A stretch of 64,000 nucleotides of DNA, from positions 4,358-68,357 of the forward strand of contig JAADGM010000085.1 of assembly GCA_013152375.1 (NCBI GenBank), read 5' to 3'. The notes below the pieces were generated by a model. It was not told the DNA's origin. It made no database searches and saw only the letters and a list, made by a program, of their open reading frames with translations. Position 1 is the first letter of the stretch, and every line of letters starts with the position of its first letter. Shown one piece after another: positions 11,329 to 21,801 of the stretch. The DNA comes from FCB group bacterium. GTDB taxonomy: Bacteria > Fidelibacterota > Marinisomatia > SCGC-AAA003-L08 > JACNLC01. Position numbers and translations under genes: made by a program.

Positions 11329-11774
11329 TGATTGCCGTTTTACAGAGGGTTTCACAGGCGGGTGTTGAAGTCGGGGGCGAAACGGTTGGGGCAATTGGTG
11401 CAGGACTCCTAATTTTACTTGGCGTTTCTACGGAGGATTCGGAACAGGATGCGGATTATCTGGCGACGAAAATTGCCGGGTTGCGGATCTTTCCGGACTC
11501 AAAAGGCAACATGAATATATCTCTGCAGGATGTTCGGGGCTCGGCTCTCGTAGTGAGTCAGTTCACGCTCTGCGCCAATTGTCAAAAGGGGAAACGCCCC
11601 AGCTTTAACCGGGCTGCTCCGGCAGAAATGGGGAAACGACTGTACCGCTATTTCATCGAGCGCCTCAGAGCACAGGAAGTCCCCGTTGAAACGGGAATTT
11701 TTGGTGCTATGATGGAGGTGCAGTTGATAAATCAGGGTCCGGTGACGATTGTGCTTGACAGCAAGGAAAAATGA
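11328..11774 (+). CDS. dtd: D-aminoacyl-tRNA deacylase
   Basis: 148 aa. MIAVLQRV... N-terminus and SQFTL and NxGPVT motifs. Its ATG overlaps the dnaE stop by 1 nt (TGATG). Confidence 0.9.
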   Translation: MIAVLQRVSQAGVEVGGETVGAIGAGLLILLGVSTEDSEQDADYLATKIAGLRIFPDSKGNMNISLQDVRGSALVVSQFTLCANCQKGKRPSFNRAAPAEMGKRLYRYFIERLRAQEVPVETGIFGAMMEVQLINQGPVTIVLDSKEK

Positions 11775-12181
11775 ATATGGACAGAAAAATACGCATTGTA
11801 ATGGCGAAACCCGGCCTGGACGGGCACGACCGGGGTATCAAAATACTTGCCCGGGCTTTTCGGGATGCCGGAATGGAAGTGATCTACCTGGGGCTGCGCC
11901 AAACTCCAGAAATGATCGTCTCGGCAGCAGTTCAGGAAGATGCCGACGTGATTGCCATCTCCAGTTTGAACAACGCCCACATGACCATTTTCCCGCGGGT
12001 ACTCGATCTGATGAAAAAGAACGGTATCGGCGACCGTCTGCTCACGGGCGGGGGAATTATCCCGGAAAAAGAGATGAAAAAATTGAACGAACTGGGGGTG
12101 GGTAAATTATTCGGTCCCGGAACAGTCATTCAGGATACTGTGGACTACATAACCGGCTGGGTCAATGAACACCGCAAATAG
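11771..12181 (+). CDS. Stand-alone cobalamin-binding domain protein (methylmalonyl-CoA-mutase C-terminal type)
   Basis: 136 aa. DxHxxG B12-binding motif (GLDGHDRG) and ...[10 protein letters not shown]... Rossmann-like pattern. Confidence 0.85.
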   Translation: MNMDRKIRIVMAKPGLDGHDRGIKILARAFRDAGMEVIYLGLRQTPEMIVSAAVQEDADVIAISSLNNAHMTIFPRVLDLMKKNGIGDRLLTGGGIIPEKEMKKLNELGVGKLFGPGTVIQDTVDYITGWVNEHRK

Positions 12182-13727
12182 AGCCCGGCAGCTGCTGGAG
12201 ACACTTGCTAAAAAAAGAGCCGAAGCCCGGGTCGCAGGCGGCAGAGAGCGGCTCGAGCGTCAGCACGAAAAGGGGAAGCTGACCGCGCGGGAACGCCTGG
12301 AAGTTCTCCTTGACAAAAACTCCTTTACCGAGATGGATATGTTTGTGAAGCATCGCAACCATGATTTCGGCATGGAAAAAAAGAAATTTGCTACTGACGG
12401 GGTCATTACCGGGTATGGACTTATCGAAGGCAGAAAGGTGTTTGTTTTTTCCCAGGATTTTACCGTTTTCGGCGGCTCTCTCTCCGAGGCTTTTGCGGAA
12501 AAGGTCTGTAAGGTCATGGATCTTGCCCTGAAAGTCGGGGTCCCGGTCATCGGCCTGAATGATTCCGGCGGCGCCAGAATTCAGGAGGGAGTTGTCAGTC
12601 TGGCCGGATATGCGGATATTTTCCTGAGAAATACACTGGCGTCGGGTGTCATTCCTCAGATCTCGGCCATCCTGGGCCCCTGTGCCGGGGGAGCGGTGTA
12701 TTCGCCGGCGATCACTGATTTTATCTTCATGGCAAAAAAAACCAGTCATATGTTTGTCACCGGCCCGAATGTCGTCAAAACGGTGACCCACGAAGAGGTT
12801 TCCATGGAAGACCTGGGGGGTGCAAATACGCATGCTGAAAAATCCGGCGTGGCCCATTTTGCCTGTGAAAACGAAGTGGAAGTACTTACGGGCATCCGCA
12901 GATTAATAACCTATCTGCCCCTGAACAATTTGGAGGATCCTCCCAGAGTTGAAGCCAGGCCTCCGGATGAAGAAAACCGGGCCGCCATTGACGATCTGGT
13001 GCCCATGAATCCCACCAAACCCTATGATATGCAGCGGGTGATTGCGTCAATTGTGGATCAGGATTCTTTTTTTGAGGTGCACAGCGGGTTCGCGCAGAAC
13101 ATCATCTGCGGATTTGCTCACCTGGGGGGTCATGCAGTGGGAATTGTAGCCAATCAGCCGGCCTTTCTGGCCGGCGTGCTCGACATACACTCTTCGCAGA
13201 AGGCCGGGAGATTTGTCAGGTTCTGCGATGCTTTCAATATTCCGCTGGTCACCTTTGTGGATGTTCCGGGATTTTTGCCTGGGACGGATCAGGAATGGGG
13301 AGGCATCATCAAAAACGGAGCAAAGCTGTTGTATGCCTATGCCGAGTGCACGGTTCCGAAGCTCACGGTGATCACGCGGAAAGCTTACGGCGGTGCCTAT
13401 GATGTCATGTCTTCCAAGCATATCCGTGGGGATCTTAACTTTGCCTGGCCGACGGCTGAAATCGCGGTGATGGGTCCCAAAGGTGCCGTTGAGATCATCT
13501 GGCGCAAGGAAATTGCCGCGGCCGAAGATCCCGCCGGCATGATGGATGAACTTACGGAAAAATACCGGGAAAAATTTGCCAATCCCTACGTAGCGGCAGA
13601 GCGGGGCTATATTGATGATGTTATCGAACCGCATGAAACCCGGGAGCGTTTGATCGGCGGTCTGGAGATACTGGCGACCAAAGTGGATTCAAATCCGAAA
13701 AAGAAACATGGGAATATACCACTATGA
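12165..13727 (+). CDS. Acyl-CoA carboxyltransferase (propionyl-CoA carboxylase beta / methylmalonyl-CoA decarboxylase alpha family)
   Basis: 520 aa. [28 protein letters not shown] and YIDDVIEP blocks. There is a 17-nt overlap with the B12-domain gene. Confidence 0.9.
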   Translation: MNTANRARQLLETLAKKRAEARVAGGRERLERQHEKGKLTARERLEVLLDKNSFTEMDMFVKHRNHDFGMEKKKFATDGVITGYGLIEGRKVFVFSQDFTVFGGSLSEAFAEKVCKVMDLALKVGVPVIGLNDSGGARIQEGVVSLAGYADIFLRNTLASGVIPQISAILGPCAGGAVYSPAITDFIFMAKKTSHMFVTGPNVVKTVTHEEVSMEDLGGANTHAEKSGVAHFACENEVEVLTGIRRLITYLPLNNLEDPPRVEARPPDEENRAAIDDLVPMNPTKPYDMQRVIASIVDQDSFFEVHSGFAQNIICGFAHLGGHAVGIVANQPAFLAGVLDIHSSQKAGRFVRFCDAFNIPLVTFVDVPGFLPGTDQEWGGIIKNGAKLLYAYAECTVPKLTVITRKAYGGAYDVMSSKHIRGDLNFAWPTAEIAVMGPKGAVEIIWRKEIAAAEDPAGMMDELTEKYREKFANPYVAAERGYIDDVIEPHETRERLIGGLEILATKVDSNPKKKHGNIPL

Positions 13728-14395
13728 GTTTAGATTTGACGAGCGTTACGGAAATGGAAGACTATTTCGCGGATCACGGAGACACTCCGCTGTTTCCCGT
13801 TCTGGCAGAACTCTACTATAAACAAAAAGATTTTGAGCATGCCAGGGGCGTGTGCGAGATAGGCCTGGACAAACATCCGGACTCGGCAGACGGCGCCTTT
13901 ATTCTGTCAAAAATTGAGCTGGTGGATAAAAACCTCCCGGAATCCGAAAAGCTCCTGAAAATAGTGGTGAACGGGAATCCGGTGCACATCTTTGCCCTCA
14001 GACTCCTGATGCAGGTGCAAATCGCGCTGGACCGCAGCTCAAATACCGTACAAAAAACCGTGGAACACCTGCTCCGAATTTATCCGGATGACGAAGAATG
14101 CCTGAAATGGCTGGCAGAGCATAAAAATCGACCGGCGGAACCCGAGCCGGAGCAGACGGAAACACCAAAACTTCCGGCAGAGGCACAACCGGCTTCAACG
14201 GAAAATTACATCAAGGTGAATTCCCGCATGGCTACATTTACCCTGGCGGAAGTTTTTATCAAACAGGGTAATTTTCTCCAGGCCAGGGAAATTCTCAACC
14301 TCATCGAGGAAAAAGGGGGAAACACGGACCGAATTGCGAAGGAACGTAAACGCATTACAAAGCTCATGGCGGAACAGGAATCAGCAGATGAATAA
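13724..14395 (+). CDS. TPR-like repeat protein, unknown function
   Basis: Helical repeat composition with an acidic/Pro-rich linker ([20 protein letters not shown]). Overlaps both neighbouring genes. Confidence 0.45.
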   Translation: MSLDLTSVTEMEDYFADHGDTPLFPVLAELYYKQKDFEHARGVCEIGLDKHPDSADGAFILSKIELVDKNLPESEKLLKIVVNGNPVHIFALRLLMQVQIALDRSSNTVQKTVEHLLRIYPDDEECLKWLAEHKNRPAEPEPEQTETPKLPAEAQPASTENYIKVNSRMATFTLAEVFIKQGNFLQAREILNLIEEKGGNTDRIAKERKRITKLMAEQESADE

Positions 14396-15470
14396 TATTC
14401 AAAACAGGCTGGAAAAGATCAGGAACCGGTTCACTGAATACGGTATTGAGGGATTTTATGTGACGAATCTGACAAATGTGCGCTATCTCTCGGGCTATAC
14501 CGGCTCGGCGGGCCAGCTGCTGATCCTTCCGGACGGGGTCCACTTTTTTACCGATGGTCGTTATATTGAGCAATCCCGGGCCCAGGTGAAAAATGCAGAG
14601 ATACACATCATTGATAACTCAGGTTACACAAAATACATTCGTAAACTCAATATCCTGCCAAAAGATATCCGCCTTGGTTTTGAATCCGACCACATGTCCG
14701 TTACGCAGTATCAGGCTCTGCAAACCGAGTGGCATTCCATCAACTTTGTCAGGACCCAAAATATGGTAGAGGTCATTGCTGCCGTGAAGGACCCATCAGA
14801 AATTGAAGCTCTGAAAACAGCCATCGAGATTACGGACAAGACTTTTTCAGATATTCTGCCTGAGCTGAAAGCCGGTGCCGTGGAGCGCCATATTGCAGCA
14901 AAAATGTCCTATCTTTTCCAACTCAACGGAGCTGAGGGGGATTCCTTTGATACCATCGTTGCCAGCGGTAAATTCAGTGCCCTGCCCCATGCTACTCCAT
15001 CCGGCAAAGCTTTCGAGGTGGGGGATTTTGTGGTTCTCGATTTTGGCGCCCTCTATGATGGCTATCATGCGGATATGACGCGGACGGTTGTGATTGGTAA
15101 AGCATCTTCGCAACATCGGGAAATTTACGATCTCGTACTTAAAGCGAATCTGGCCGGCATTGCCGCCGCCCGGGCCGGGATGACCGGCGCTGAACTCGAC
15201 AAAGTCTGCCGGGATATTATCCGTGATCAGGGGTATGGCAAGGAATTCAGCCACTCTACCGGACACGGTATCGGGCTGGAAGTCCACACCTATCCGCGAA
15301 TCAGCGAGGTGAACACCAAACAGCTGCTTGAAAATTATGTCGTGACCATCGAACCGGGAATCTATATCGGTGGTTTTGGCGGTGTCCGGATTGAAGATGA
15401 TTGCTGGATTCACGCCGACAGCTGCACGGCATTGAATGCTTCCACAAAGGAAATGCTGGTTCTGGACTAG
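14388..15470 (+). CDS. M24 family Xaa-Pro aminopeptidase
   Basis: Metal ligands of the pita-bread fold (DFGALYDGYHADMTRT, HSTGHGIGLEVHT, EPGIY). I prefer the ATG at 14388 ([10 protein letters not shown]), which overlaps the upstream stop by 8 nt. The track starts the ORF at 14334. Confidence 0.85.
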   Translation: MNNIQNRLEKIRNRFTEYGIEGFYVTNLTNVRYLSGYTGSAGQLLILPDGVHFFTDGRYIEQSRAQVKNAEIHIIDNSGYTKYIRKLNILPKDIRLGFESDHMSVTQYQALQTEWHSINFVRTQNMVEVIAAVKDPSEIEALKTAIEITDKTFSDILPELKAGAVERHIAAKMSYLFQLNGAEGDSFDTIVASGKFSALPHATPSGKAFEVGDFVVLDFGALYDGYHADMTRTVVIGKASSQHREIYDLVLKANLAGIAAARAGMTGAELDKVCRDIIRDQGYGKEFSHSTGHGIGLEVHTYPRISEVNTKQLLENYVVTIEPGIYIGGFGGVRIEDDCWIHADSCTALNASTKEMLVLD

Positions 15471-15473
15471 AGC

Positions 15474-16259
15474 ATGAAAAAGATGTCTGCAGGGTCCCAA
15501 TTCTCTGAATACGAAAATACGATTTACCATGACGCCAAACGCTATGATGATGAGCACTGGTGGAAAAAGGATGATCTGGAGTTCTGGCGCGAAATGTACC
15601 GCAGTTCCCCGGGACCGGAAGTTCTCGAACTGGCAGCGGGAACCGGCCGGATTGGACTCCCTCTGCTTCACGAGGGTGCCATTTACACCGGCATCGAAAT
15701 TTCACCCGAATTCTGTGATCGGGCCCGCCGGAAGTTATTTGAATTCAAAGACCGGGCACAGATCATTCAGGGAGACATCCGTGATTTCCAGCTGGGTAAA
15801 ACCTTCGATCTGATCTTCATAGGATTCAATTCCTTTCTGCATTTGCTGGCCGATCAGGATGCACAGGCCTGTCTGAACTCTGTCCGGGGGCATATGCACG
15901 CTGCCAGCCGCTTTGTGATTGATATTTTTATACCCAACCCTCTGTTTTTGTACAGACCCGAAGGAATGCGCTATCCGACTATGGAGTACCGTGATTCTGA
16001 GACCGGCGAGATCGTTCAGGTTGAAGAAACCAATGATTATGATCCGGATACGGGAATCAATAAAATTCGCTGGTTCTATATTTCAGAAGACGGGAGTGAA
16101 GAAGTTTTCGACTTCACCATGCGGATGTTCTGGCCCGACACGATGAACAGGTTGCTCATCGATGCCGGTCTTGTGATAGAGTCCGTCTGGGGAGATTATG
16201 AAAAAACCCCTCTTGACGAAGCGAGTCATTTGCATTTGTATGTGTGCCGTCTGCCCTAG
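15474..16259 (+). CDS. Class I SAM-dependent methyltransferase
   Basis: Motif I, VLELAAGTGRIG, and the post-I acidic residue pattern. 261 aa. Confidence 0.7.
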   Translation: MKKMSAGSQFSEYENTIYHDAKRYDDEHWWKKDDLEFWREMYRSSPGPEVLELAAGTGRIGLPLLHEGAIYTGIEISPEFCDRARRKLFEFKDRAQIIQGDIRDFQLGKTFDLIFIGFNSFLHLLADQDAQACLNSVRGHMHAASRFVIDIFIPNPLFLYRPEGMRYPTMEYRDSETGEIVQVEETNDYDPDTGINKIRWFYISEDGSEEVFDFTMRMFWPDTMNRLLIDAGLVIESVWGDYEKTPLDEASHLHLYVCRLP

Positions 16260-16314
16260 CCGGAAACCGGTATCACCAGGGGACACAAATTGATGTACCC
16301 CGTTCGGATTTAAA

Positions 16315-16932
16315 ATGACACCTCGTATCACAACAATATTTTTTGACCTTTTTGGTGTTCTGTTGGGAACGGATCAGTCCGCAGTGATACACTATATCTC
16401 GAAACAATTGAAAAAACCTTACCGGGAATGTCGTGAAATTGTAACCGGTGAAATTTACATGCGCTATGAACGGCGGGAAATTGACTTCAAAACCTATCTG
16501 GCCGAACTGCTGAGAGCACTGCCGGAGGGTGATTTACTGGACCCTGAAGAGCTGCGGCTTCGCTGGCTGAATCGTCAGATCGCCGAGCTTCCGTTGGCAG
16601 GTCTCCTTCGGCCCCTGGCCCTGAGATATCAGGTCTGGGTTCTTTCGAATACGACATCAGATCATGTAAATTTATTAAAAAGTCAATTCGATTTTTTACG
16701 ATTGCCTCACGGGTTTGTGACCTCTCAGGCAGCCGGTGTGCCCAAGCCTCACCCGGGCATTTTTCAATTTGCACTGCAGAGGGCCAGAGCCGCTGCATCT
16801 CATTCTGTTTTTATCGATGACACCCGCAGGCACGTGAACGCCGCCCGGGAATTGGGATTCATTGCCCATCTGCATCAGGATTTTGAATCCACCGAGGATT
16901 TTCTGAAAAAGATTACGGGACTGCCGTTATGA
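16315..16932 (+). CDS. HAD-superfamily hydrolase
   Basis: N-terminal FFDLFGVL (DxD-like motif I region), SNT (motif II), and a C-terminal FIDD motif. Confidence 0.6.
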   Translation: MTPRITTIFFDLFGVLLGTDQSAVIHYISKQLKKPYRECREIVTGEIYMRYERREIDFKTYLAELLRALPEGDLLDPEELRLRWLNRQIAELPLAGLLRPLALRYQVWVLSNTTSDHVNLLKSQFDFLRLPHGFVTSQAAGVPKPHPGIFQFALQRARAAASHSVFIDDTRRHVNAARELGFIAHLHQDFESTEDFLKKITGLPL

Positions 16933-16942
16933 AGGAGGGATA

Positions 16943-17209
16943 ATGGGAATAATTGTAAAACGATTGACGGAGGAAGAGATCGAGAAAAAAGGCATCCGGG
17001 ACTGGGCGCTCTGGGAATGCGGGATATCAGAATTTGACTGGGAATATGATGAAAAGGAATTCTGTCTGATCCTCGCAGGAGAGGCGGATATTTCGACGGA
17101 ACAGGGTGTGACCCATATTTCCGCAGGGGATTATGTGGAATTTCCCCGGGGGCTGAAATGCCGCTGGACCGTACGAAAACCCATCCGCAAACATTATAAC
17201 TTTGGATGA
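16943..17209 (+). CDS. Small cupin-domain protein (DUF861/EutQ-like)
   Basis: 88 aa. The pattern W.C..S.F.W.Y...E.C..L.G...I....G.......GD.V.FP.G..C.W.V is typical of single-domain cupins. Confidence 0.6.
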   Translation: MGIIVKRLTEEEIEKKGIRDWALWECGISEFDWEYDEKEFCLILAGEADISTEQGVTHISAGDYVEFPRGLKCRWTVRKPIRKHYNFG

Positions 17210-17303
17210 ATCAATTGAAACCCCGTAGGACTTCCTCGTTCCGGTCCCGCAGAGCATTTCGGCGTCACGGAACATCCCCGTTTTGCCATCGTAGCACAGC
17301 CCC

Positions 17304-18473
17304 ATGAAAAAAATACTTTTCCTTTTCGTATTCATGATACCCCTGCTGGTCTCCGGGGAAAATAAGGCTCCCATCATTCTGTTCCACGGATTTATGGGTT
17401 GGGGGAGAGATGAAATGAATAATTATTACTATTGGGGAGGAACATTCGACCTTGAGACCTGGCTGAAAGTGCGGGGATTTGAGGTTTACACGGTTTCCCT
17501 GGGTCCCGTATCTTCAAACTGGGATCGCGCCATTGAGGCATTTTATGAGATAAAGGGTGGACAGCTCGATTATGGGATAGCGCATTCCGAAGAATACAAC
17601 CTGATCCGCAAACCGGAGGGCAGGCAGTTTGCGGGGCTGTATCCTGAATGGGATGCGGAGCATCCAATCCATATCATTGCCCACAGCATGGGGGGGCTCA
17701 CGGCCCGCAAGCTGGAGCAGTTACTGCAGACGCAGTTCCCCGGGGAAGACAGCCCCCTGCTCTCTTCGACCCTTGACGGCTGGATTAAAAGTATTACGAC
17801 CATTTCCACACCTCATAACGGCACCACCCTCGCACCGATGATCGAAGACTTTTTCCCATTTCTGCAGAAACTTGCGCCGGTGTTTGCCGGGCTGACAGAG
17901 GATACGTTTATCGAAAATCTGTATGATTTTGATCTGGATCAATGGGGCCTTGAGCGCCGGGAAGATGAAAATCTGACCCGATATTTAAAACGCCTGCGGG
18001 CATCACCCCTGAGCCGGTCACATAATTTTTGCATCTGGGATTTATCGGTGGAAGGCGCAAAAGAGCTCAATTCCACCTATCACACCGATCCCAACACCTA
18101 TTACTTTTCTTATGCGACCTATGCTACACGGCGGCAGAAGCACAGCCCGAAGCATATACCCGATCAGGCCATGACCTGGAACCTCTGGTCCTCCGGTTTT
18201 GCCATGGGGAGATCTTCACTGATGGATTCTACCTGGTACGAAAATGATGGTATTGTGAATACAATTTCCATGGATGCCCCTCGCTCGGGTGACCATGGTC
18301 CCGAGCCGGAAAAAATCTGGGATGGCGTTCCGCAAAAAGGAGTCTGGCAGTTCATGGGAAAATTGCATTACGACCATCACAAACTGGTCGGACACGATCA
18401 CCGGAAAAAGGATGAAGCGGTCATGAGAAAATTCTACTATAACCTCTGCGAAATGCTCTATGAACTCGATTGA
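17304..18473 (+). CDS. Secreted triacylglycerol lipase (alpha/beta hydrolase, Geobacillus/Staphylococcus-like subfamily)
   Basis: Signal peptide. PIILFHGFMGWGRDEM..YYWGG oxyanion region and AHSMGG nucleophile elbow. Confidence 0.75.
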   Translation: MKKILFLFVFMIPLLVSGENKAPIILFHGFMGWGRDEMNNYYYWGGTFDLETWLKVRGFEVYTVSLGPVSSNWDRAIEAFYEIKGGQLDYGIAHSEEYNLIRKPEGRQFAGLYPEWDAEHPIHIIAHSMGGLTARKLEQLLQTQFPGEDSPLLSSTLDGWIKSITTISTPHNGTTLAPMIEDFFPFLQKLAPVFAGLTEDTFIENLYDFDLDQWGLERREDENLTRYLKRLRASPLSRSHNFCIWDLSVEGAKELNSTYHTDPNTYYFSYATYATRRQKHSPKHIPDQAMTWNLWSSGFAMGRSSLMDSTWYENDGIVNTISMDAPRSGDHGPEPEKIWDGVPQKGVWQFMGKLHYDHHKLVGHDHRKKDEAVMRKFYYNLCEMLYELD

Positions 18474-19113
18474 AGCGATTCTTTTCGATCTCGACGGTGT
18501 CGTGATTGATTCCGAGCCCCTGTATCAGAAAGGCGAAATCCGTCTTTTCCGTGAATATGGTGTGGAAATTCCTGAAGATGACTGGCTGCTTTTCCGCGGC
18601 TCAACGGAAAAATTATTTTATCAGATGGCCCGGGACCGATATCACCTTCAAGCCGGGACAGAGGACCTCAGAAAAAAAGGGCGGGGTTATGTGCTGGAAG
18701 AATTTGCAAAGCATCTGGATTACATGCCCGGATTTACGAACCTGATGAAGTCAATCGACGGGCAATTCAAAGTAGGTCTCGTAACAGCCACTCCGGCCGA
18801 CATGTTTGAGTGGGTCAATTTAAGGCTTAATCTGCGTAAATTTTTTCCCCACATTCTCACCGGAGACATGACGAGCAGAGGCAAACCCCATCCGGACCCA
18901 TACCTGAAAATGATGAATATCCTGGGCGTTCTGCCGCAAAACTGTATCGTGATCGAAGATTCCCACCATGGGATCACCTCGGGATTACGCTCCGGGGCAA
19001 GGGTCATCGCGTTAACCGGTTCCGCCCCTTATGAGAATATGCCGGATGTCCATGCTATAGTGACAAATTTATCCGAAATCACGCCGGATCTTATCAGGTC
19101 AATTTCCGCTTGA
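18460..19113 (+). CDS. HAD-superfamily phosphatase (beta-phosphoglucomutase-like subfamily)
   Basis: LFDLDGVVIDSEPLY motif I, a KPHPDPY motif, and a C-terminal EDS..G motif. Confidence 0.75.
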   Translation: MNSIEAILFDLDGVVIDSEPLYQKGEIRLFREYGVEIPEDDWLLFRGSTEKLFYQMARDRYHLQAGTEDLRKKGRGYVLEEFAKHLDYMPGFTNLMKSIDGQFKVGLVTATPADMFEWVNLRLNLRKFFPHILTGDMTSRGKPHPDPYLKMMNILGVLPQNCIVIEDSHHGITSGLRSGARVIALTGSAPYENMPDVHAIVTNLSEITPDLIRSISA

Positions 19114-19817
19114 AACAAACCTTCCTCACGCTTGGGATTCTTGTGGTTGCAATCCCGGTTTTTATCATATGCGGGGTTACCCTGCTGCTGATCTCAATTC
19201 TTCTGCCGGGCCGCCTGCATTCAGCGGCACGAATCGCAGCCAGGGTCATTCTGGTTTCCATGGGAGTATCAGTCCGGATAAAGGGAAAACTTCCCCCTGA
19301 CGGTCAATATATCCTCATGGCCAATCACAGTTCATTTATAGATCCCTTGCTGATGCCCCTGGTTCTGAGGGACAAATATACGGGTATTGTGGCAGATTTC
19401 AATTTCAGATACCCTCTTTGGGGCACACTTCTCAAACGCTTCCGGGTCATTCGCATCGACCGTAAAAACCCGGATCAGGCCATTGAGAATATCAAAGCCG
19501 CCGAACAATTGATGAAGATGAAAGGTTATAACATCGCCATTTTACCGGAGGGCACCCGAACCCTGACCGGGAAAATGGGACCCTTGAAAAAAGGAGGGTT
19601 TTATCTAGCCGTCAACACCGGTGTTCCCATATTACCCGTCGGGATTGAGGGCGCCTATAAGTTCAAACCCAAAAATCGATTTGCCTTTCATCCCGGAGTG
19701 GTAACACTCAATATCGGAACACTGATCCCTGTGGAAAAAAACAACACCCGGGAAATACCCGCTTTGCTGCAAAAGACCGGTACAGAATTAAAAAAATTGT
19801 CCGGTGAGAAGATTTGA
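19110..19817 (+). CDS. plsC: 1-acyl-sn-glycerol-3-phosphate acyltransferase
   Basis: N-terminal TM helix. HX4D acyltransferase motif (NHSSFIDP) and PEGTR motif (LPEGTRT). Confidence 0.8.
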   Translation: MKQTFLTLGILVVAIPVFIICGVTLLLISILLPGRLHSAARIAARVILVSMGVSVRIKGKLPPDGQYILMANHSSFIDPLLMPLVLRDKYTGIVADFNFRYPLWGTLLKRFRVIRIDRKNPDQAIENIKAAEQLMKMKGYNIAILPEGTRTLTGKMGPLKKGGFYLAVNTGVPILPVGIEGAYKFKPKNRFAFHPGVVTLNIGTLIPVEKNNTREIPALLQKTGTELKKLSGEKI

Positions 19818-19839
19818 TCCTGACTTAAAATCGGTGATT

Positions 19840-20055
19840 TTATCTTGCAATTATCAAAACAAACCTGCTTTCATCTTCCCGGGTAAAGGACGGTTTTAAC
19901 CCCCGCTTTTTTAATTCCTGTGCCACACTTTTAAGAGAATCGATATCCCCTAAAATCACTTTTATTGTTTCTGATTCCCCCAGGCTATCCAGGGCTTCGG
20001 AGGCCTTGATTTTCGATAAAGGGCACACGTAATTCGATAAGTCGTATTCTTTCAC
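19840..20055 (-). CDS. TusA/SirA-like sulfurtransferase
   Basis: 71 aa. Active-site Cys context (YVCPLSKIK), correct size, and last gene of the sulfur operon. Confidence 0.7.
   Translation of the reverse strand: MKEYDLSNYVCPLSKIKASEALDSLGESETIKVILGDIDSLKSVAQELKKRGLKPSFTREDESRFVLIIAR
19844..19883. repeat. Direct repeat copy 1 (40 nt, the 3' end of the tusA-like gene)
   Basis: cttgcaattatcaaaacaaacctgctttcatcttcccggg. It matches 24182..24221 at 38 of 40 positions in the same orientation. Confidence 0.9.
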
Positions 20056-20067
20056 TATTTTTCCCAG

Positions 20068-21039
20068 TCATTTTTTATTGATGATATCTTTGTAAAAGCT
20101 TGCATATTTAAATGCACCATCAGGTGATATCACAACAGCCAAACCCTTGTGCGTCTTGGCATATTGCTGCGCCACGCAGAGTATTGCTCCCGTAGTTGGT
20201 CCAACCGGAATCCCGTCTTTCCGGGCCAATTCCATTGCCGCTGAATATGCATCTTCATCCGACACCTGTACACTTTCATCAATAACCGATCGATCCAGAA
20301 TTTTCGGAATCAGATCTTCACTTAATCCGGTAATTCGCTTCATTCCCGGTAATTTATGATCCATCGATTCCGGTTCAATTCCAATAATCTTGATATCGGG
20401 GTTTTGCTCCTTTAGATATTTCCCAATGCCGGTAATTGTCCCGCAGGTACCATATCCAGCGAAGAAATAATCTATTTTCCCTTGTGTCTGTTTCCATATT
20501 TCCGGGCCGGTTGTTTGGTAATGAGTTTGGATATTCAGATGATTCTCATATTGATTCGGACTGACATATGAATCTTTGGTGGCCGGACTATGAATTAGTG
20601 CATTCACTAATCCCCGGGCTCCTTCAGCCGGAAATAACGGACAAAGTGCATCATCGACTTCCATCACGTTAGCCCCGAGGAATTTTAGAAGAATTTTCTT
20701 TTCCTCGGGAATTTTTTCCGGCACGGCAATTTCTATGGGAATTCCCAGAGCATTCGCAATACATGTCAGGGCAATCCCGGTATTACCCGAAGACGGTTCT
20801 ACAACTGTTTTTTCTCCGATTTCCAGCGATGTTAACATCATATAAGCGATTCTATCTTTAATGGAACCGAAAGGATTATAGCTTTCCAATTTCAGAAATA
20901 TTTGAAAATCCTGATTTGGATTTGATCGGTTAACCTTCACCAATGGTGTTGGATTATCCCGGCCGGCTATCAGCTGAGTAATATCGGTGTAGACCCTTAA
21001 GTCGTGATTTGATTTAGTATTGCTTTGGTTTTTACTCAT
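20068..21039 (-). CDS. PLP-dependent cysteine synthase family protein (CysK/CysM/O-phosphoserine sulfhydrylase-like)
   Basis: PLP-lysine motif (NPFGSIKDR), SSGNTG, and the GxGTxGT phosphate loop (AGYGTCGTITG). Confidence 0.8.
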   Translation of the reverse strand: MSKNQSNTKSNHDLRVYTDITQLIAGRDNPTPLVKVNRSNPNQDFQIFLKLESYNPFGSIKDRIAYMMLTSLEIGEKTVVEPSSGNTGIALTCIANALGIPIEIAVPEKIPEEKKILLKFLGANVMEVDDALCPLFPAEGARGLVNALIHSPATKDSYVSPNQYENHLNIQTHYQTTGPEIWKQTQGKIDYFFAGYGTCGTITGIGKYLKEQNPDIKIIGIEPESMDHKLPGMKRITGLSEDLIPKILDRSVIDESVQVSDEDAYSAAMELARKDGIPVGPTTGAILCVAQQYAKTHKGLAVVISPDGAFKYASFYKDIINKK

Positions 21040-21054
21040 GAGAATCCCTGTTCG

Positions 21055-21801
21055 TCATTTCAATAATTGTGTATGAATACCGCACTCTCCGCCGCATTTG
21101 CTGGTGTTTTGCCACCTACCATCACGCTCAAGTATTCCGCCGATTTGCGAGCAGGGTTGGCATCCCAATGACCTGTAGCCCAGGGCGTACCAGGGATGTG
21201 ATTTTATTCCCCGGGTAGCAATATATCTCCAAATTTCTGCTTCGGTGAAAGTGAGAATCGGATTTATTTTTATCAACCCGCCCTTATCTTCAATTTCCCG
21301 GTAATCAGCCCGGGTTCTGCCTTCCGTGTTGCGTAAACCACAGATCCATGCATCCAGCGATCTTACCGCTGCTTTTGTTGGTTCCACCTTCAGTAAATGG
21401 CAGCACTCATCAGGATCGACTTCATAAATCTCCCGTCCTGTTTCTGCTTTAATCATGAGACTTTTTTGAATGAATTCGTCCGGCGGGAGCAATATTATTT
21501 TTAATTCATCATCCCGGAGTTCTTCGGGAATATGCTCCGCTACTAAGTATACGGTCGTATTCAGATTCCATTCGGCATTCAGTAACTTCAAATATTTGTA
21601 AGTCTCGTGTGGTTTATAGATTGTCATTACCGCAAAGACCTCTATATCGGGAACCACCTCTTTGGCCAAATGAACGGTCACCATGCTATCTTTCCCAAAT
21701 GAACATGCTACAGCTACCCGGGGATAGTTGGTTATGGCATACTCAACCAGTTCTTGGGCATGTTTTATTTTTTCTTCCATATTGAATAGTTCCTTTTTCA
21801 A
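21055..21801 (-). CDS. Phosphoadenosine phosphosulfate (PAPS/APS) reductase family protein
   Basis: PP-loop-like N-terminus (VACSFGKDSMV) and a C-terminal ECGIH redox motif (CGGECGIHTQ). There is a 4-nt overlap with the upstream gene. Confidence 0.8.
   Translation of the reverse strand: MKKELFNMEEKIKHAQELVEYAITNYPRVAVACSFGKDSMVTVHLAKEVVPDIEVFAVMTIYKPHETYKYLKLLNAEWNLNTTVYLVAEHIPEELRDDELKIILLPPDEFIQKSLMIKAETGREIYEVDPDECCHLLKVEPTKAAVRSLDAWICGLRNTEGRTRADYREIEDKGGLIKINPILTFTEAEIWRYIATRGIKSHPWYALGYRSLGCQPCSQIGGILERDGRWQNTSKCGGECGIHTQLLK

Noticed and set aside
12162-12857. A 231-aa minus-strand ORF antisense to the carboxyltransferase gene. Similar long antisense ORFs: 14847..15671 (274 aa), 62361..62999 (212 aa), 7924..8454, 8470..8952, 13047..13634, 39285..39803 and 58679..59155.
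   Set aside because: All lie entirely inside strongly supported genes on the opposite strand. All have low-complexity, Arg/Gly/His-rich shadow-ORF composition, and none carries a recognisable motif.
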